A stretch of DNA of 53,935 nucleotides, taken from Candidatus Hermodarchaeota archaeon. Its GTDB lineage: Archaea > Asgardarchaeota > Hermodarchaeia > Hermodarchaeales > Hermodarchaeaceae. The stretch lies in the NCBI GenBank assembly GCA_016839365.1, contig JAEOUH010000067.1, forward strand, positions 1 to 53,935, given 5' to 3'. This document shows positions 9,523-19,358 of the stretch, piece after piece. The notes beneath the pieces are model-generated. The model searched no databases, was not told where the DNA came from, and saw only the letters and a program-made list of their open reading frames with translations. How positions within the stretch are numbered: position 1 is the stretch's first letter; every line of letters begins with the position of its first letter. The position numbers and the translations under genes are program-made.

Positions 9523-12500
9523 GTGAAAGTTGAGAAACGTGATGGACGAATCGTTGATTGGGATCCAATCAAAATCGAGAACGCTATTAGACGCGCCTTT
9601 GAATCACATAAGGCAGACATAAGACCTGCAAAAAAACTGACAGATGAAGTTGTCAAAATCATCAAGGACAAAAACGTTGACACAATCCACATTGAAGAAA
9701 TCCAAGACATCGTAGAAGAGGTACTGATGATCAACGGTTATACTGAGACAGCAAAGCGATATATCAAATACCGAGAGAAACGAGCCGTAGCACGACGCCT
9801 ACTCCGCATCGTAGGCGTAGTCGATGACTTGAAACTGGGACCGAACGCAGCCACAGTTGCGAAACGTTACCTCCTAAAAGACAAAGACGGTAACTCCATC
9901 GAAACCCCATCGCAACTCTTCGGTCGAGTCGCGAATGCAGTCGCAAAAGCCGAAAAAATCTTCGACAAAAGTGCCGACTATAAAACCTACGAAGAGCTCT
10001 TCTACGACATGATCGCCAACCTCGAGTTCATGCCCAACAGCCCCACCCTCTACAACGCCGGCACCGAAATCGAACAACTCAGCGCTTGCTTCGTACTACC
10101 AATTCGCGATGACATCGACTCTATCTTCAACACTCTCTGGCATATGGCCCGAGTTCAGAAGTCTGGCGGTGGTACGGGGTTCTCCTTTTCTCAGCTCCGA
10201 CCGAAGGGTGCAAAGGTCGGATCTACAGGTGGAGTCGCCAGCGGTCCAGTCTCCTTCATGCGTGTCTATGATACTGCCACTGATGTAATTAAACAAGGAG
10301 GCAGGCGACGCGGTGCGAACATGGCCATTTTGCAGTGTGATCATCCCGATATCATGGAGTTCATCGCTGCGAAAGGCGACAAGAAATCCTTCCGTAATTT
10401 CAACATCTCCGTCGCCGTCACCCACGAGTTCATGCATGCCTTGAAGACTGATGGCGACATCGACCTAATCAACCCTCACACCGGCGAGGTGGAACAGACT
10501 ATCAGTGCCCGCATGATTTTCGACTCTATGATCCTGAACGCCTGGAACACCGGAGACCCTGGCATGATCTTCATCGACCGCATCAACGACGAACACCCCC
10601 TCAAAGGTATGCAAATTGAATCAACTAATCCCTGCGTTACTGGTGATACGCTAATTGCCGTAGCTGATGGGAGAAATTCTGTGTCAATTGAGGATCTTGC
10701 CCGAGAGGGTAGGGATGTTCCAGTCTTTTGCTGGTCAGGTGATGAGATGGTTGTCAGAATGGGTCGAAATCCAAGAAAAACAAGAGAGCAAGTTCCAATT
10801 GTTGAAGTTACTTTTGATGATGAAAGCTCCATCAAACTAACTAAAGATCATAGGGTGATGTTAAGGGACGGGTCCTACGTTGAAGCTTGCAGCCTGAAGG
10901 AGGGGGATCGAATTATGCCATTTTTCAAGATTCAATACAGGCAACGGGGTAAAAAAAGTAAGTATTGGCATATTCATCAAAATCACAATGTCATTCATCG
11001 TGGAGCGCATAAAATAATTGCAGAATTTATGCTTGGACGGAAATTAAAGCGAAGTGAGATTGTTCATCACATAAACTATGATACATTGGACAATTCATTG
11101 ACTAACCTTCAAATTATGACATCAAAGGAGCACAGAAAACTTCATCGGCAAGATATGCTTGGATCTAACAATCCCTACCATCGTATGCCAGAGGATTGGA
11201 TAAAGGAAAACATGGCTGTCGGAAGAACTGGTGAAGATAATGGTATGTTCAGCCGAATCCACTCGTATGAAACAAGAGCAAAAATCGGTGAATCAACCCG
11301 TAGAAGATTTTCTGACAAGAAGTTCAGAAAGAAAGTCCGAGAAAAAATGAATGAAGTAATGGCTGATCAAGAAATCCGGGAGAAAATAAGCATAGCTGCA
11401 AAAGAAAGGTGGAAAGATAGTAATTTGGAGGGCGAGTGTCCAGTTTGTGGAACACGAATTGAGTATATTAAATCAAAACCACAGGTATGCGGTTCAAGAG
11501 GTTGTTCCAATACCTACAGAGCTTTAAACAAACCTCCTATGGCTGAATTGAATCACCGTGTTGTTTTGGTTCAGGATCATGGAATTTCCGATGTTTATAA
11601 CATCACGGTAGATGAGTGTCACAACTTTGCCACAATAACTCGAGAATATGAAAGCAAAAAAGGGAACAAAAAACTATCAGGAATCATTGTTTCAAATTGC
11701 GGTGAGCAACCACTCTTGCCTTACGAGTCGTGTGTGTTGGGGAGTATCAATTTGTCTCGTATGGTGAAGGATGGTGAGGTGAATTGGCAGCGGCTGGGTG
11801 AAATCATTCCGTTGGCGGTCCGGTTCTTAGATAATATTATTGATTTGAATAAGTATCCGGTGGAAGAGATTGCCATTCAGACCAAAGCTACGCGGAAGAT
11901 TGGGCTTGGGATTATGGGCTGGACGGAGATGCTCATCCAGTTGCGGATTCCATACGATTCTGAAGAAGCCTTGGAATTGGCGGAAAAGGTGATGGAGTTT
12001 ATTCGGAATCGTGCGGAGCGGGCTTCAGCGGAACTGGCGAAGGTGCGGGGTAATTTCGAGCACATTGATTTATTGAAGCAGCGTCGGAAATGGAAGCGGA
12101 ATGCAACATTAATCACGATTGCACCTACAGGGAGTATTAGCTTGATTGCGGGGACCAGTAGTGGGATTGAACCTTTGTTTGCTATTGTGCATGATCGGGT
12201 ACTCACTGAAGGTGTCCGCTTGACGGATACGAACAAATACTTTGTCGAAATTGCCGAAGAGCGTGGCTTCTGGAGCGAAGCCGTTGAACAGCAGTTAGCC
12301 GCGACGGGCTCCGTGCAGGACGTAGAAGGTGTACCCGACGATATCAAGTGCTTGTTTAAAACTGCTCATGAAATCGATCCTGAATGGCACGTACGCGTGC
12401 AAGCGGCCTTCCAGAAACATACAGACAATGCTGTAAGTAAAACCGCTAATCTGCCAAACAATGCATCAACGGAGGATATTCGGCGGATCTTCCTGTTGGC

Positions 12501-12618
12501 GGATGAGTTGGGGTTGAAGGGCATTACAGTGTTTCGTGATGGGTCCTTGGAAGGGTTGCAGGTGTTGTATGCTGGGTGCCCGACTTGTGAGGATGTCCGG
12601 TTCACGGACAGCCCCTAG
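9523..12618 (+). CDS. nrdJ: Adenosylcobalamin-dependent (class II) ribonucleotide reductase with N-terminal ATP cone and intein
   Basis: ATP cone (VEKRDG...IEEIQDIVE), FMPNSPTLYNAG, QLSACFV, GGGTG, RRGANM, NP/CGEQ split by intein, IAPTGSIS, AVSKTAN, C-terminal CPTC. Confidence 0.93.
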   Translation: MKVEKRDGRIVDWDPIKIENAIRRAFESHKADIRPAKKLTDEVVKIIKDKNVDTIHIEEIQDIVEEVLMINGYTETAKRYIKYREKRAVARRLLRIVGVVDDLKLGPNAATVAKRYLLKDKDGNSIETPSQLFGRVANAVAKAEKIFDKSADYKTYEELFYDMIANLEFMPNSPTLYNAGTEIEQLSACFVLPIRDDIDSIFNTLWHMARVQKSGGGTGFSFSQLRPKGAKVGSTGGVASGPVSFMRVYDTATDVIKQGGRRRGANMAILQCDHPDIMEFIAAKGDKKSFRNFNISVAVTHEFMHALKTDGDIDLINPHTGEVEQTISARMIFDSMILNAWNTGDPGMIFIDRINDEHPLKGMQIESTNPCVTGDTLIAVADGRNSVSIEDLAREGRDVPVFCWSGDEMVVRMGRNPRKTREQVPIVEVTFDDESSIKLTKDHRVMLRDGSYVEACSLKEGDRIMPFFKIQYRQRGKKSKYWHIHQNHNVIHRGAHKIIAEFMLGRKLKRSEIVHHINYDTLDNSLTNLQIMTSKEHRKLHRQDMLGSNNPYHRMPEDWIKENMAVGRTGEDNGMFSRIHSYETRAKIGESTRRRFSDKKFRKKVREKMNEVMADQEIREKISIAAKERWKDSNLEGECPVCGTRIEYIKSKPQVCGSRGCSNTYRALNKPPMAELNHRVVLVQDHGISDVYNITVDECHNFATITREYESKKGNKKLSGIIVSNCGEQPLLPYESCVLGSINLSRMVKDGEVNWQRLGEIIPLAVRFLDNIIDLNKYPVEEIAIQTKATRKIGLGIMGWTEMLIQLRIPYDSEEALELAEKVMEFIRNRAERASAELAKVRGNFEHIDLLKQRRKWKRNATLITIAPTGSISLIAGTSSGIEPLFAIVHDRVLTEGVRLTDTNKYFVEIAEERGFWSEAVEQQLAATGSVQDVEGVPDDIKCLFKTAHEIDPEWHVRVQAAFQKHTDNAVSKTANLPNNASTEDIRRIFLLADELGLKGITVFRDGSLEGLQVLYAGCPTCEDVRFTDSP
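10633..11697 (+). mobile_element. Intein (355 aa) with HNH homing endonuclease
   Basis: Starts CVTGDT, block B LTKDHRV, block F VYNITVDECHNF, ends IVSN before Cys; internal VHHINYDTLDNSLTNL; more AT-rich than the exteins. Confidence 0.92.
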
Positions 12619-12725
12619 GAGCACTCAGCAAGAACTGGGTCATTCCTGGGGAATGATGGGCGATTTCTTGCAGCAGTGCTGGTGCCTTTTTAGCAGTATG
12701 TACTGTCACACCGGTGGTGTGTTTG

Positions 12726-13043
12726 ATGGGACGTACAGTACCTACCTACCGACTACAACTGGAAAAGGAGCGCCGGCGTTGGGGAATCTTTCGTGCCGCG
12801 CTGCGTGCCGACGAGCAACCAGCCTTTGATAACCTCTTTGTGTATGCCCGGACCTATGCGGATGCGGCCAGTGCTGTGGCTCGTCCGTGTGCTTCTGAAG
12901 CCTTGTTTATGTCCATGATTCTGGGGCTGTATCAGGAGGTGCTACAGTTGCGCCTGGCCCTCGCTACGGTGGCAGGTCATGCGAGCTCGATTGCCAATCA
13001 CAACTACCATGGGTTTGTGCGCCGAGTGCAAGCCGAATTGTGA
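12726..13043 (+). CDS. Small helical protein of the family usually encoded with archaeal PolB2 (arCOG07300-like)
   Basis: MGRTVPTYR...W..FRAALR..EQPAFD.LF..AR..ADAAS pattern recalled for this family. Confidence 0.7.
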   Translation: MGRTVPTYRLQLEKERRRWGIFRAALRADEQPAFDNLFVYARTYADAASAVARPCASEALFMSMILGLYQEVLQLRLALATVAGHASSIANHNYHGFVRRVQAEL

Positions 13044-13055
13044 TTCTGCTGTGGT

Positions 13056-14327
13056 TTGCCTGTATCATTTGAGTTTTTAACCGTTAGATTGAGAGCCTGT
13101 CTACTTGAGGTGTGGCAAGTGAATGTTCGCTTTCAGGTTATTTGGGTTGTGTTGTTCATTCTCATCCCAGTGAGTGCAGCACTACCTTCACCGAACCTTG
13201 AGAGTGGTCCACGTGAACCAGATTATTGGCCCACGGATGGTTGGCGGTTCGCTTCTCCGGAATCTCAGGGTATGGATTCACGTCTCCTGGACCAGTTAGA
13301 TGCGAAGCTATACTCTTATGATATTTGCTATAACGCATTCTTGGTGGTGCGTCATGGTTACATCATCTTCGAAACCTATCCTAATCCTGTCTACGATGAG
13401 AACCAGCTTCACTTTCTTGCTTCTGTCACTAAGAGTATCACCGCGGGTGTCTTTGGAATTGCTGTTGACAAAGGCTACATTAGCAATATTCAGAATCCTG
13501 TTCTTGCATATTTTCCTGAGCGGACCGTAGCAAACCAGAGCCCCCTAAAGGATATGATGACTGTTCGGGATTTATTAACAATGAAAACAGGCCTTCAATG
13601 GGATGAAGGAACCTACTCCTATGATGATTCAAGAAATTCTTTTGTGCAATGGATACGTAGCGAGGATGGTGTCCAGTTCTTCCTTGATTTGCCGATGGAG
13701 TGTGCACCAAATTGGAAATGGTACTACAACACCGGTGCCTCATCCATGCTCTCAACACTCATTACCATGACCAGCGGAAAGACTATGCACCAATTTGCTG
13801 ATGAGAATTTGTTTCAACCTTTAGGGATTACACACCACTATTGGGAGTCGGATAGTCAGGGAGTCAATTATGGTGGTTTTGGACTTAGTCTCTTACCACG
13901 AGACATGGCTAAGTACGGATTTCTCCATTTACATAAGGGGCGCTGGGATCAGCAACAGGTGATTTCGGAAGAGTGGGTTGTTGAATCAACTCGAATGCAT
14001 ACGATGTTCTGTCCCGGTTATGGCTATGGGTACCATTGGATATGCTATCCTATAATTGGTGCTTACGCCGCTTTTGGTGCTGGAGGTCAGGGTATCTGCG
14101 TCATTCCACAACATGACTTGGTTATTGTGGTTACAGCTGAAGAACCTGATGGCGTTCCGTTTCTTAATCTTATCAAAGACTTCGTATTACCCTCACTGTC
14201 AGCTTCAACCTCAAAAACAAATGCTTTTGTCAATATTGCAGGCTTCTTAGCCTTAATCTTCGGAATAGTAGTTTCTTTGCTGATTATCAAAAAATATGTT
14301 CGGAATCAAAGAAGCCATAGAGAATAA
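13056..14327 (+). CDS. Membrane-anchored serine hydrolase (beta-lactamase/AmpC family)
   Basis: SxxK (SVTK), YxN-like YYNT, LLTMKTG, PRDMAKYG; signal peptide and C-terminal TM; start probably near GTG 13119. Confidence 0.88.
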   Translation: MPVSFEFLTVRLRACLLEVWQVNVRFQVIWVVLFILIPVSAALPSPNLESGPREPDYWPTDGWRFASPESQGMDSRLLDQLDAKLYSYDICYNAFLVVRHGYIIFETYPNPVYDENQLHFLASVTKSITAGVFGIAVDKGYISNIQNPVLAYFPERTVANQSPLKDMMTVRDLLTMKTGLQWDEGTYSYDDSRNSFVQWIRSEDGVQFFLDLPMECAPNWKWYYNTGASSMLSTLITMTSGKTMHQFADENLFQPLGITHHYWESDSQGVNYGGFGLSLLPRDMAKYGFLHLHKGRWDQQQVISEEWVVESTRMHTMFCPGYGYGYHWICYPIIGAYAAFGAGGQGICVIPQHDLVIVVTAEEPDGVPFLNLIKDFVLPSLSASTSKTNAFVNIAGFLALIFGIVVSLLIIKKYVRNQRSHRE

Positions 14328-14486
14328 TGGTGACAAAAACCTTTCATGACACGTTTTTTTGGCTACATCTTTTCTCGGATTTTAGTTGGAAATGCCAGTA
14401 TCTAGGCAATCGATTTAAGAGCGTATCTAGCAAAAATAGTTAGACAGGTCTTTGAAAGACACTTGTGTTGGGAAGTTGAGGCTGCG

Positions 14487-15116
14487 ATGATTCATGATAT
14501 TCTCATAGTGCATCGGCAAACCGAGAATCCGCTCTTTCACCTGGCTCCTGCTGGTAAAAGTCGGTTAGTTGCGATTGGAATGGATCCCCCTGTGTTTTCG
14601 TCTCTTGCTGTCACTCTCGTGAATGTGTTGCGGAATGCCGGAGCCTTGGAACGGTTGCGGTTGCTTCAGGTAAAGATGGCTTTCAACGTGTTTGAGAATC
14701 TCGTGTTTGTGATTTTGTCATCAAATGACCATGATGAGTTTGAGCTCAATGATGCGTTGAACCGGTTAAGCTCCTTGTTTCTCCAATCGTATACTGCTGA
14801 AGTTATTGACCAATATAAGGATAAACCACTCAGCTTCAACGGTTTTGATGTGAAACAAATTTTTCGCTCAGATCGTATTGTCATCAGCGATACAGATACC
14901 CTGATGAAAAGCATGATTCAACGGCTTGCGGATATGGTCTCGGTTGCTGGACGCCTACAAGATGAAGCTGCAATGCTGGCTGAGAAACAAAGCTTAGATG
15001 GCACAGTGATTATGAGCATTACCGCAATGCACCAAGAACTCCTAAAGAAGCTCGATGCCTTAAAGGCTCAAATGGATCAGTTTCCGGTTTTATCAGGTCC
15101 TCACTTTCCGGGCTAG
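14487..15116 (+). CDS. Longin/roadblock-like domain protein with C-terminal helical region
   Basis: N-terminal MIHDILIVHRQTENPLF and LVFVILS...L..L..LF..Y resemble longin-like folds; heptad-like C-terminus. Confidence 0.5.
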   Translation: MIHDILIVHRQTENPLFHLAPAGKSRLVAIGMDPPVFSSLAVTLVNVLRNAGALERLRLLQVKMAFNVFENLVFVILSSNDHDEFELNDALNRLSSLFLQSYTAEVIDQYKDKPLSFNGFDVKQIFRSDRIVISDTDTLMKSMIQRLADMVSVAGRLQDEAAMLAEKQSLDGTVIMSITAMHQELLKKLDALKAQMDQFPVLSGPHFPG

Positions 15117-15124
15117 CACCGAAA

Positions 15125-15925
15125 TTAGTCAAAGTTGAATCCGTGTTTTCGTAATGTATCAAGTAATGATCCTTTCGACCATCCACCCGAGATGAATTTT
15201 CGGGAGATGTGTTCACACCAAGAGTAGGTGTCATAATCGATAGAGTCCTTCCCTTTTAGAAGTGGAATCTTTATCTGCCGTTCAATATAGTAATCTTGGG
15301 CAAGATATCCTTCATCCATGACTTTCATGGCCTCAAGTAGCTCTTTATTTGATGGTTGGTGATATTTGTCCTCAAATGCACTAAAACTCAGGGGATACCG
15401 GGGTCGAATTTCGGTATGTTCTGCAGGATCTGGATATCCCAAGCATAGTCCGACAACTGGAAATGCGCGTTTGGGGATATTGAACATCTTCACTAGTTCA
15501 TCGGCAACAATTGGTGCTGCCCCTAGCAAGACGGATCCTAGACCATAGCCTTCTGCTGCTAAGGTGAGGTTTGCAACAACGAGAGAGACATCCTGTAGTC
15601 CAAGCCAGAGGGCTAGAGTATCATCAAAATTGTAGGAATGTCCTCGTTGGTTCATTACTTGCTCGTGGCGATTTAAATCAATGAGAGGGAATATTAGCAC
15701 CTGGGTTGTCGGATATACTCCCATTGGCTGTAGGTCTTTGATTTTTTTGCGGTCGCGGGTGTAGATGAGGCTACATAGTTGTGCTGCGAAGGGAGCGCGA
15801 AAACCTGCATTGAGGATAGCTTCAAGCACATCATCTGGGACTGATTTTTCCAAGAATATGCGCTTTGATCGACGATTCTGAATCACTTCGAAGAGGTTGT
15901 CATAGATTGGTCTAGCCGATTTCAT
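15125..15925 (-). CDS. Nitroreductase family flavoprotein (NfsA/NfrA-like)
   Basis: IQNRRSKR, AP, LAAEGYGLGSV, LCLGYP, RPRYP. Confidence 0.88.
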   Translation of the reverse strand: MKSARPIYDNLFEVIQNRRSKRIFLEKSVPDDVLEAILNAGFRAPFAAQLCSLIYTRDRKKIKDLQPMGVYPTTQVLIFPLIDLNRHEQVMNQRGHSYNFDDTLALWLGLQDVSLVVANLTLAAEGYGLGSVLLGAAPIVADELVKMFNIPKRAFPVVGLCLGYPDPAEHTEIRPRYPLSFSAFEDKYHQPSNKELLEAMKVMDEGYLAQDYYIERQIKIPLLKGKDSIDYDTYSWCEHISRKFISGGWSKGSLLDTLRKHGFNFD

Positions 15926-16010
15926 TGCTTATTCTCATCTCAAAGGGCTCGATTGAGGCGACTGTGACTCTATCTATTAGATTAATATCTCGGTTGAGGT
16001 ATACTCTGAA

Positions 16011-16250
16011 GTGGTGATTGAGGTGCCGGTTGTAGTGTACATTCTAATCCGAGTTGAAGCAGGGAAGGTATGGGATGTTGCACAGGCCATTGGGAAGATT
16101 TCTGGTGTGGATCGATCCAATGTGGTTACAGGACCCTACGATGTGATTGCCTACGCAGTGCTTCCATCAACAGAAGATTTACGTCAATTGATGGAAGGCA
16201 TTCATAGTGTAGATGGGGTGAATCGTACCGAAACCTGCATTGCTATTTAA
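16011..16250 (+). CDS. Stand-alone Lrp/AsnC ligand-binding (RAM) domain protein
   Basis: YILIRVEAG...VTGPYDVIA...GVNRTETCI; no HTH. Confidence 0.85.
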   Translation: MVIEVPVVVYILIRVEAGKVWDVAQAIGKISGVDRSNVVTGPYDVIAYAVLPSTEDLRQLMEGIHSVDGVNRTETCIAI

Positions 16251-16262
16251 CTTGGGAAAGAA

Positions 16263-16595
16263 TCACCAGACCATCGGAGTATAGCCGTCTTTGATATGCT
16301 CAGAAATGATAGAGCCAACATATTCGACTTGAACGCCAAGTTTTGTTGTTGAATCAGCTATATCATCTCGGTCCGCGATGAATTTACAAGCAAATGTTTC
16401 GCCTTGTTTAGCGAGTTCTTCAACGGCTTTGGAGACATCGGGGTCAGTGACCATGAGGTTTTGGGCAGGACCGAAGAAGATGGTCTTGACATCGTCAACC
16501 CAACCGTACTTCATGGCGTTTGTGGCATACATTAGCCCAGTGAGAGCTTTCTCTTTATTTTCCGTTGCAATGATTACGAGGATTTTTCCTGGCAT
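16263..16595 (-). CDS. DsrE/DsrF-like protein
   Basis: KILVII, IFFGP, ACKFIA with conserved Cys, GY near C-terminus. Confidence 0.8.
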   Translation of the reverse strand: MPGKILVIIATENKEKALTGLMYATNAMKYGWVDDVKTIFFGPAQNLMVTDPDVSKAVEELAKQGETFACKFIADRDDIADSTTKLGVQVEYVGSIISEHIKDGYTPMVW

Positions 16596-16610
16596 TTTTT
16601 TCCTCCTGAT

Positions 16611-18014
16611 TTAGGAATTGTGTTCATGTTCGTGGTGATGGACGTGGGATGGGTCGTACAGGTTCCCGAGTGCTGATGTAATTAACTCGGTAAGTGCTGG
16701 GTGAATGTGCATTCCTTGAGCGAGGGTCCACATATTTCCGCCGATAGCCATGATGTCGACGACTTCTTGGATGAGCATTGCCGCATAGGGGCCAATGATG
16801 TGAAAACCAAGGATTCGGTAGGTGTTCTTGTCAACTATGGCTTTGGCAAATCCATCCTCTTCCACCATGGCTTCACCTTTGGCGACATCCGAATACTTCG
16901 CAGTCCCAATGAGCACTTCATACTTCTTAGTGGCTTCAGTGGTGGTAAGTCCGACCCCGGCAATCTGCGGGTAGGAAAACACGGCATAGGGGACTGCTTG
17001 GTATTCCATTTTCTGTTTGTTGTCTCCGACGGCATTATTCCAGGCAATTTGAGCCTCGCGGTTGGCGACGTGTTTAAACATATAGCGTCCAGTGACATCT
17101 CCAAGAGCCCAGATGTTCTTTTTGCTCGTTTCGAGATAATCGTTGACCAGAATAAACCCGCGTTCATCAGTTTTAACCCCGGTCTTTTCAACGTTCAAAA
17201 CATCGGCGTTGGATCGTCGACCAGTTGCCACTAAAATGCGCTCGCCTGTAAATTCCATCTCCTCACCAGTGGTTTTGTTTTCAGCGACGACTGTGTCTCC
17301 TTTGGCTGTTTGTTTCACTTCAATGGCTGATGTGTTAGTGAAGATGCGCATTCTTTTCGAGAGTGCTCGTTGAAGAGTTAGAGATATTTCAGGTTCGTTT
17401 TGGGGAACCAATCTGGTTCCTCGTTGTAGCATGGTGACTTCTGAACCCATAGCTGCCAAGAAATGGCTATATTCAGCAGCGATGTACCCTCCACCGATGA
17501 TAACGACGCTTTTTGGTAGTTCAGTTAATTCAAGGAGTGTCTCATTCGTGAGGTAGTTGATTTGGTCTAAACCTTTTATGGGAGGAATTGAGGGACGTGC
17601 CCCTGCGACAATGAAGATTTTTTCTCCCCGAATCTCGTCTCCTGCAACCTCCATAGTGTAGTTTCCGGTGAAGTGGCCTTCCGCTTCGTAGAAGTCAAGG
17701 TTTTGAGCGTGCTGGAGTCCCGCTCGCATGTGCGAAAGGCTTTCGTCAATTGGTTCACGCATCCGTTTCATAATCGCTTTGAAATCGATGTCCTTAATCT
17801 CCGCATCGATTCCAAGTTTGTGTGCCTCTTGGATTTCGACGACTCGGTCAGCAGGGTAAATTAGCATTTTCGATGGGATGCACCCAACGTTCAGACATGT
17901 ACCACCTAGCGGTCCACGATCGACATAGGCAACTTTGAATCCCGCCCGGTAGGCTTGATCAAGAATGATTCCACCGGAGCCTGAGCCAATGACGATAACA
18001 TCATATTTTTTCAT
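16611..18014 (-). CDS. Pyridine nucleotide-disulfide oxidoreductase (dihydrolipoamide dehydrogenase/mycothione reductase-like)
   Basis: GSGSGG, GGTCLNVGCIPSK redox pair, GGGYIAAE, HIHPALTE; His-rich tail. Confidence 0.9.
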   Translation of the reverse strand: MKKYDVIVIGSGSGGIILDQAYRAGFKVAYVDRGPLGGTCLNVGCIPSKMLIYPADRVVEIQEAHKLGIDAEIKDIDFKAIMKRMREPIDESLSHMRAGLQHAQNLDFYEAEGHFTGNYTMEVAGDEIRGEKIFIVAGARPSIPPIKGLDQINYLTNETLLELTELPKSVVIIGGGYIAAEYSHFLAAMGSEVTMLQRGTRLVPQNEPEISLTLQRALSKRMRIFTNTSAIEVKQTAKGDTVVAENKTTGEEMEFTGERILVATGRRSNADVLNVEKTGVKTDERGFILVNDYLETSKKNIWALGDVTGRYMFKHVANREAQIAWNNAVGDNKQKMEYQAVPYAVFSYPQIAGVGLTTTEATKKYEVLIGTAKYSDVAKGEAMVEEDGFAKAIVDKNTYRILGFHIIGPYAAMLIQEVVDIMAIGGNMWTLAQGMHIHPALTELITSALGNLYDPSHVHHHEHEHNS

Positions 18015-18168
18015 GGTTCAAGATTGGCTATTGTTCCTTAAAATAGCTTTAGAAATTTCTATCAGAACTCGTTAGCCTCTTTTAGGTGTGGCTTATTGGT
18101 GGGTACAGAACTTTTTCAAGGAGAAACGAGTATGGATTGAAAACATTGTTCGAGAGGAGCTGGAACTG

Positions 18169-19350
18169 ATGCCAAAGACTGTAAAAACTGCCTCACGCCT
18201 CCAGGGTGTATCGCCGAGTGGACTCCGTGAGTTTTTCGAAATTGGTTCAAAGCTGGCAGCGAAGGGTGTGGATGTGATTTCCTTAGGAATTGGAGATTTG
18301 GACTTACCGCTTCCTCCCTTTCTGGGTGACGCCATAGCTGATGCGTTCGCAACTGGGCAAACTCACTATTCGTCTAATGCAGGTATTGTCGAATTGCGCC
18401 AAGCGATTGCTGACCGATACCAAGAAACCTATAACCTCGAATATTCGGCTGATGAGGTTTTAGTCACGTGTGGTGCCTTGGAAGGGTTACTCGACACGAT
18501 GCTAGCTCTCATCAATCCTGGTGATCGGGTGTTGGTTCAAGATCCCGCCTTCGGCTACTTCGCTAATCAAGCCAAACTAGCCGGGGCAGAAGTGGAACTG
18601 ATTCCAATGACATCATCTTTTGACCTTGATATTGACAAGTTCCGAATAGCCTTTGAGCAGAAACCTCCAAAGATGGTGATAATTAATTCACCTTGTAATC
18701 CCACTGGTTCGATTGCCTCAACTCAAAGTGTGAAGGCAATCGTTGAACTCGCTAGTGATTATGATAGTATTCTAATTTCCGATGAATGCTATGAGTTCTT
18801 GCGTTTCGATGGGTCTCCACACACTTGTGCAGGTACCTTTGATCGGGACAATGTTATAATCGTCAACAGTTTCTCCAAGGCTTTGGCGATGACTGGATTA
18901 CGACTCGGTTATGTTATCGCTCCAGTGAATTTGATGCGACCAATTTATCAGGTGCATCAATACAACACCGCCTGTGCTCCTACACCCATTCAGGTGGGTG
19001 CTATGAAGACACTATCGAATCCTAGAGCCTTCAAAGGAATCATTGAGCAGCATCGTAATGTATTGAATGATCGTCGAAAGGTGGCGTTGGAAAGTATCAA
19101 ACCCATCAAAGGCTTTACGTTCACATACGAACCTATGGCAGGTTTCTATCTGTTTCCAAACGTAGAAAAAACAGGGATGTCGGGTCCCGAATTTGCTATC
19201 TCACTTCTCGAGGAGAAAGGTGTGATTGTAGTTCCTGGGGATCAATTCGGGGTTGCGTACCCCAATAACATTCGCATCAGTATTGGCTCCGCTCCACCGA
19301 ATCGGATACGTGAAGCTGCAGCACGTATTACCGAATTTGTGAAAAAGTAA
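18169..19350 (+). CDS. Class I/II PLP-dependent aminotransferase
   Basis: INSPCNPTG, SDECY, SFSKALAMTGLRLG; ATG 18169 follows GAGGAG. Confidence 0.92.
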   Translation: MPKTVKTASRLQGVSPSGLREFFEIGSKLAAKGVDVISLGIGDLDLPLPPFLGDAIADAFATGQTHYSSNAGIVELRQAIADRYQETYNLEYSADEVLVTCGALEGLLDTMLALINPGDRVLVQDPAFGYFANQAKLAGAEVELIPMTSSFDLDIDKFRIAFEQKPPKMVIINSPCNPTGSIASTQSVKAIVELASDYDSILISDECYEFLRFDGSPHTCAGTFDRDNVIIVNSFSKALAMTGLRLGYVIAPVNLMRPIYQVHQYNTACAPTPIQVGAMKTLSNPRAFKGIIEQHRNVLNDRRKVALESIKPIKGFTFTYEPMAGFYLFPNVEKTGMSGPEFAISLLEEKGVIVVPGDQFGVAYPNNIRISIGSAPPNRIREAAARITEFVKK

Positions 19351-19358
19351 GTACCTGG

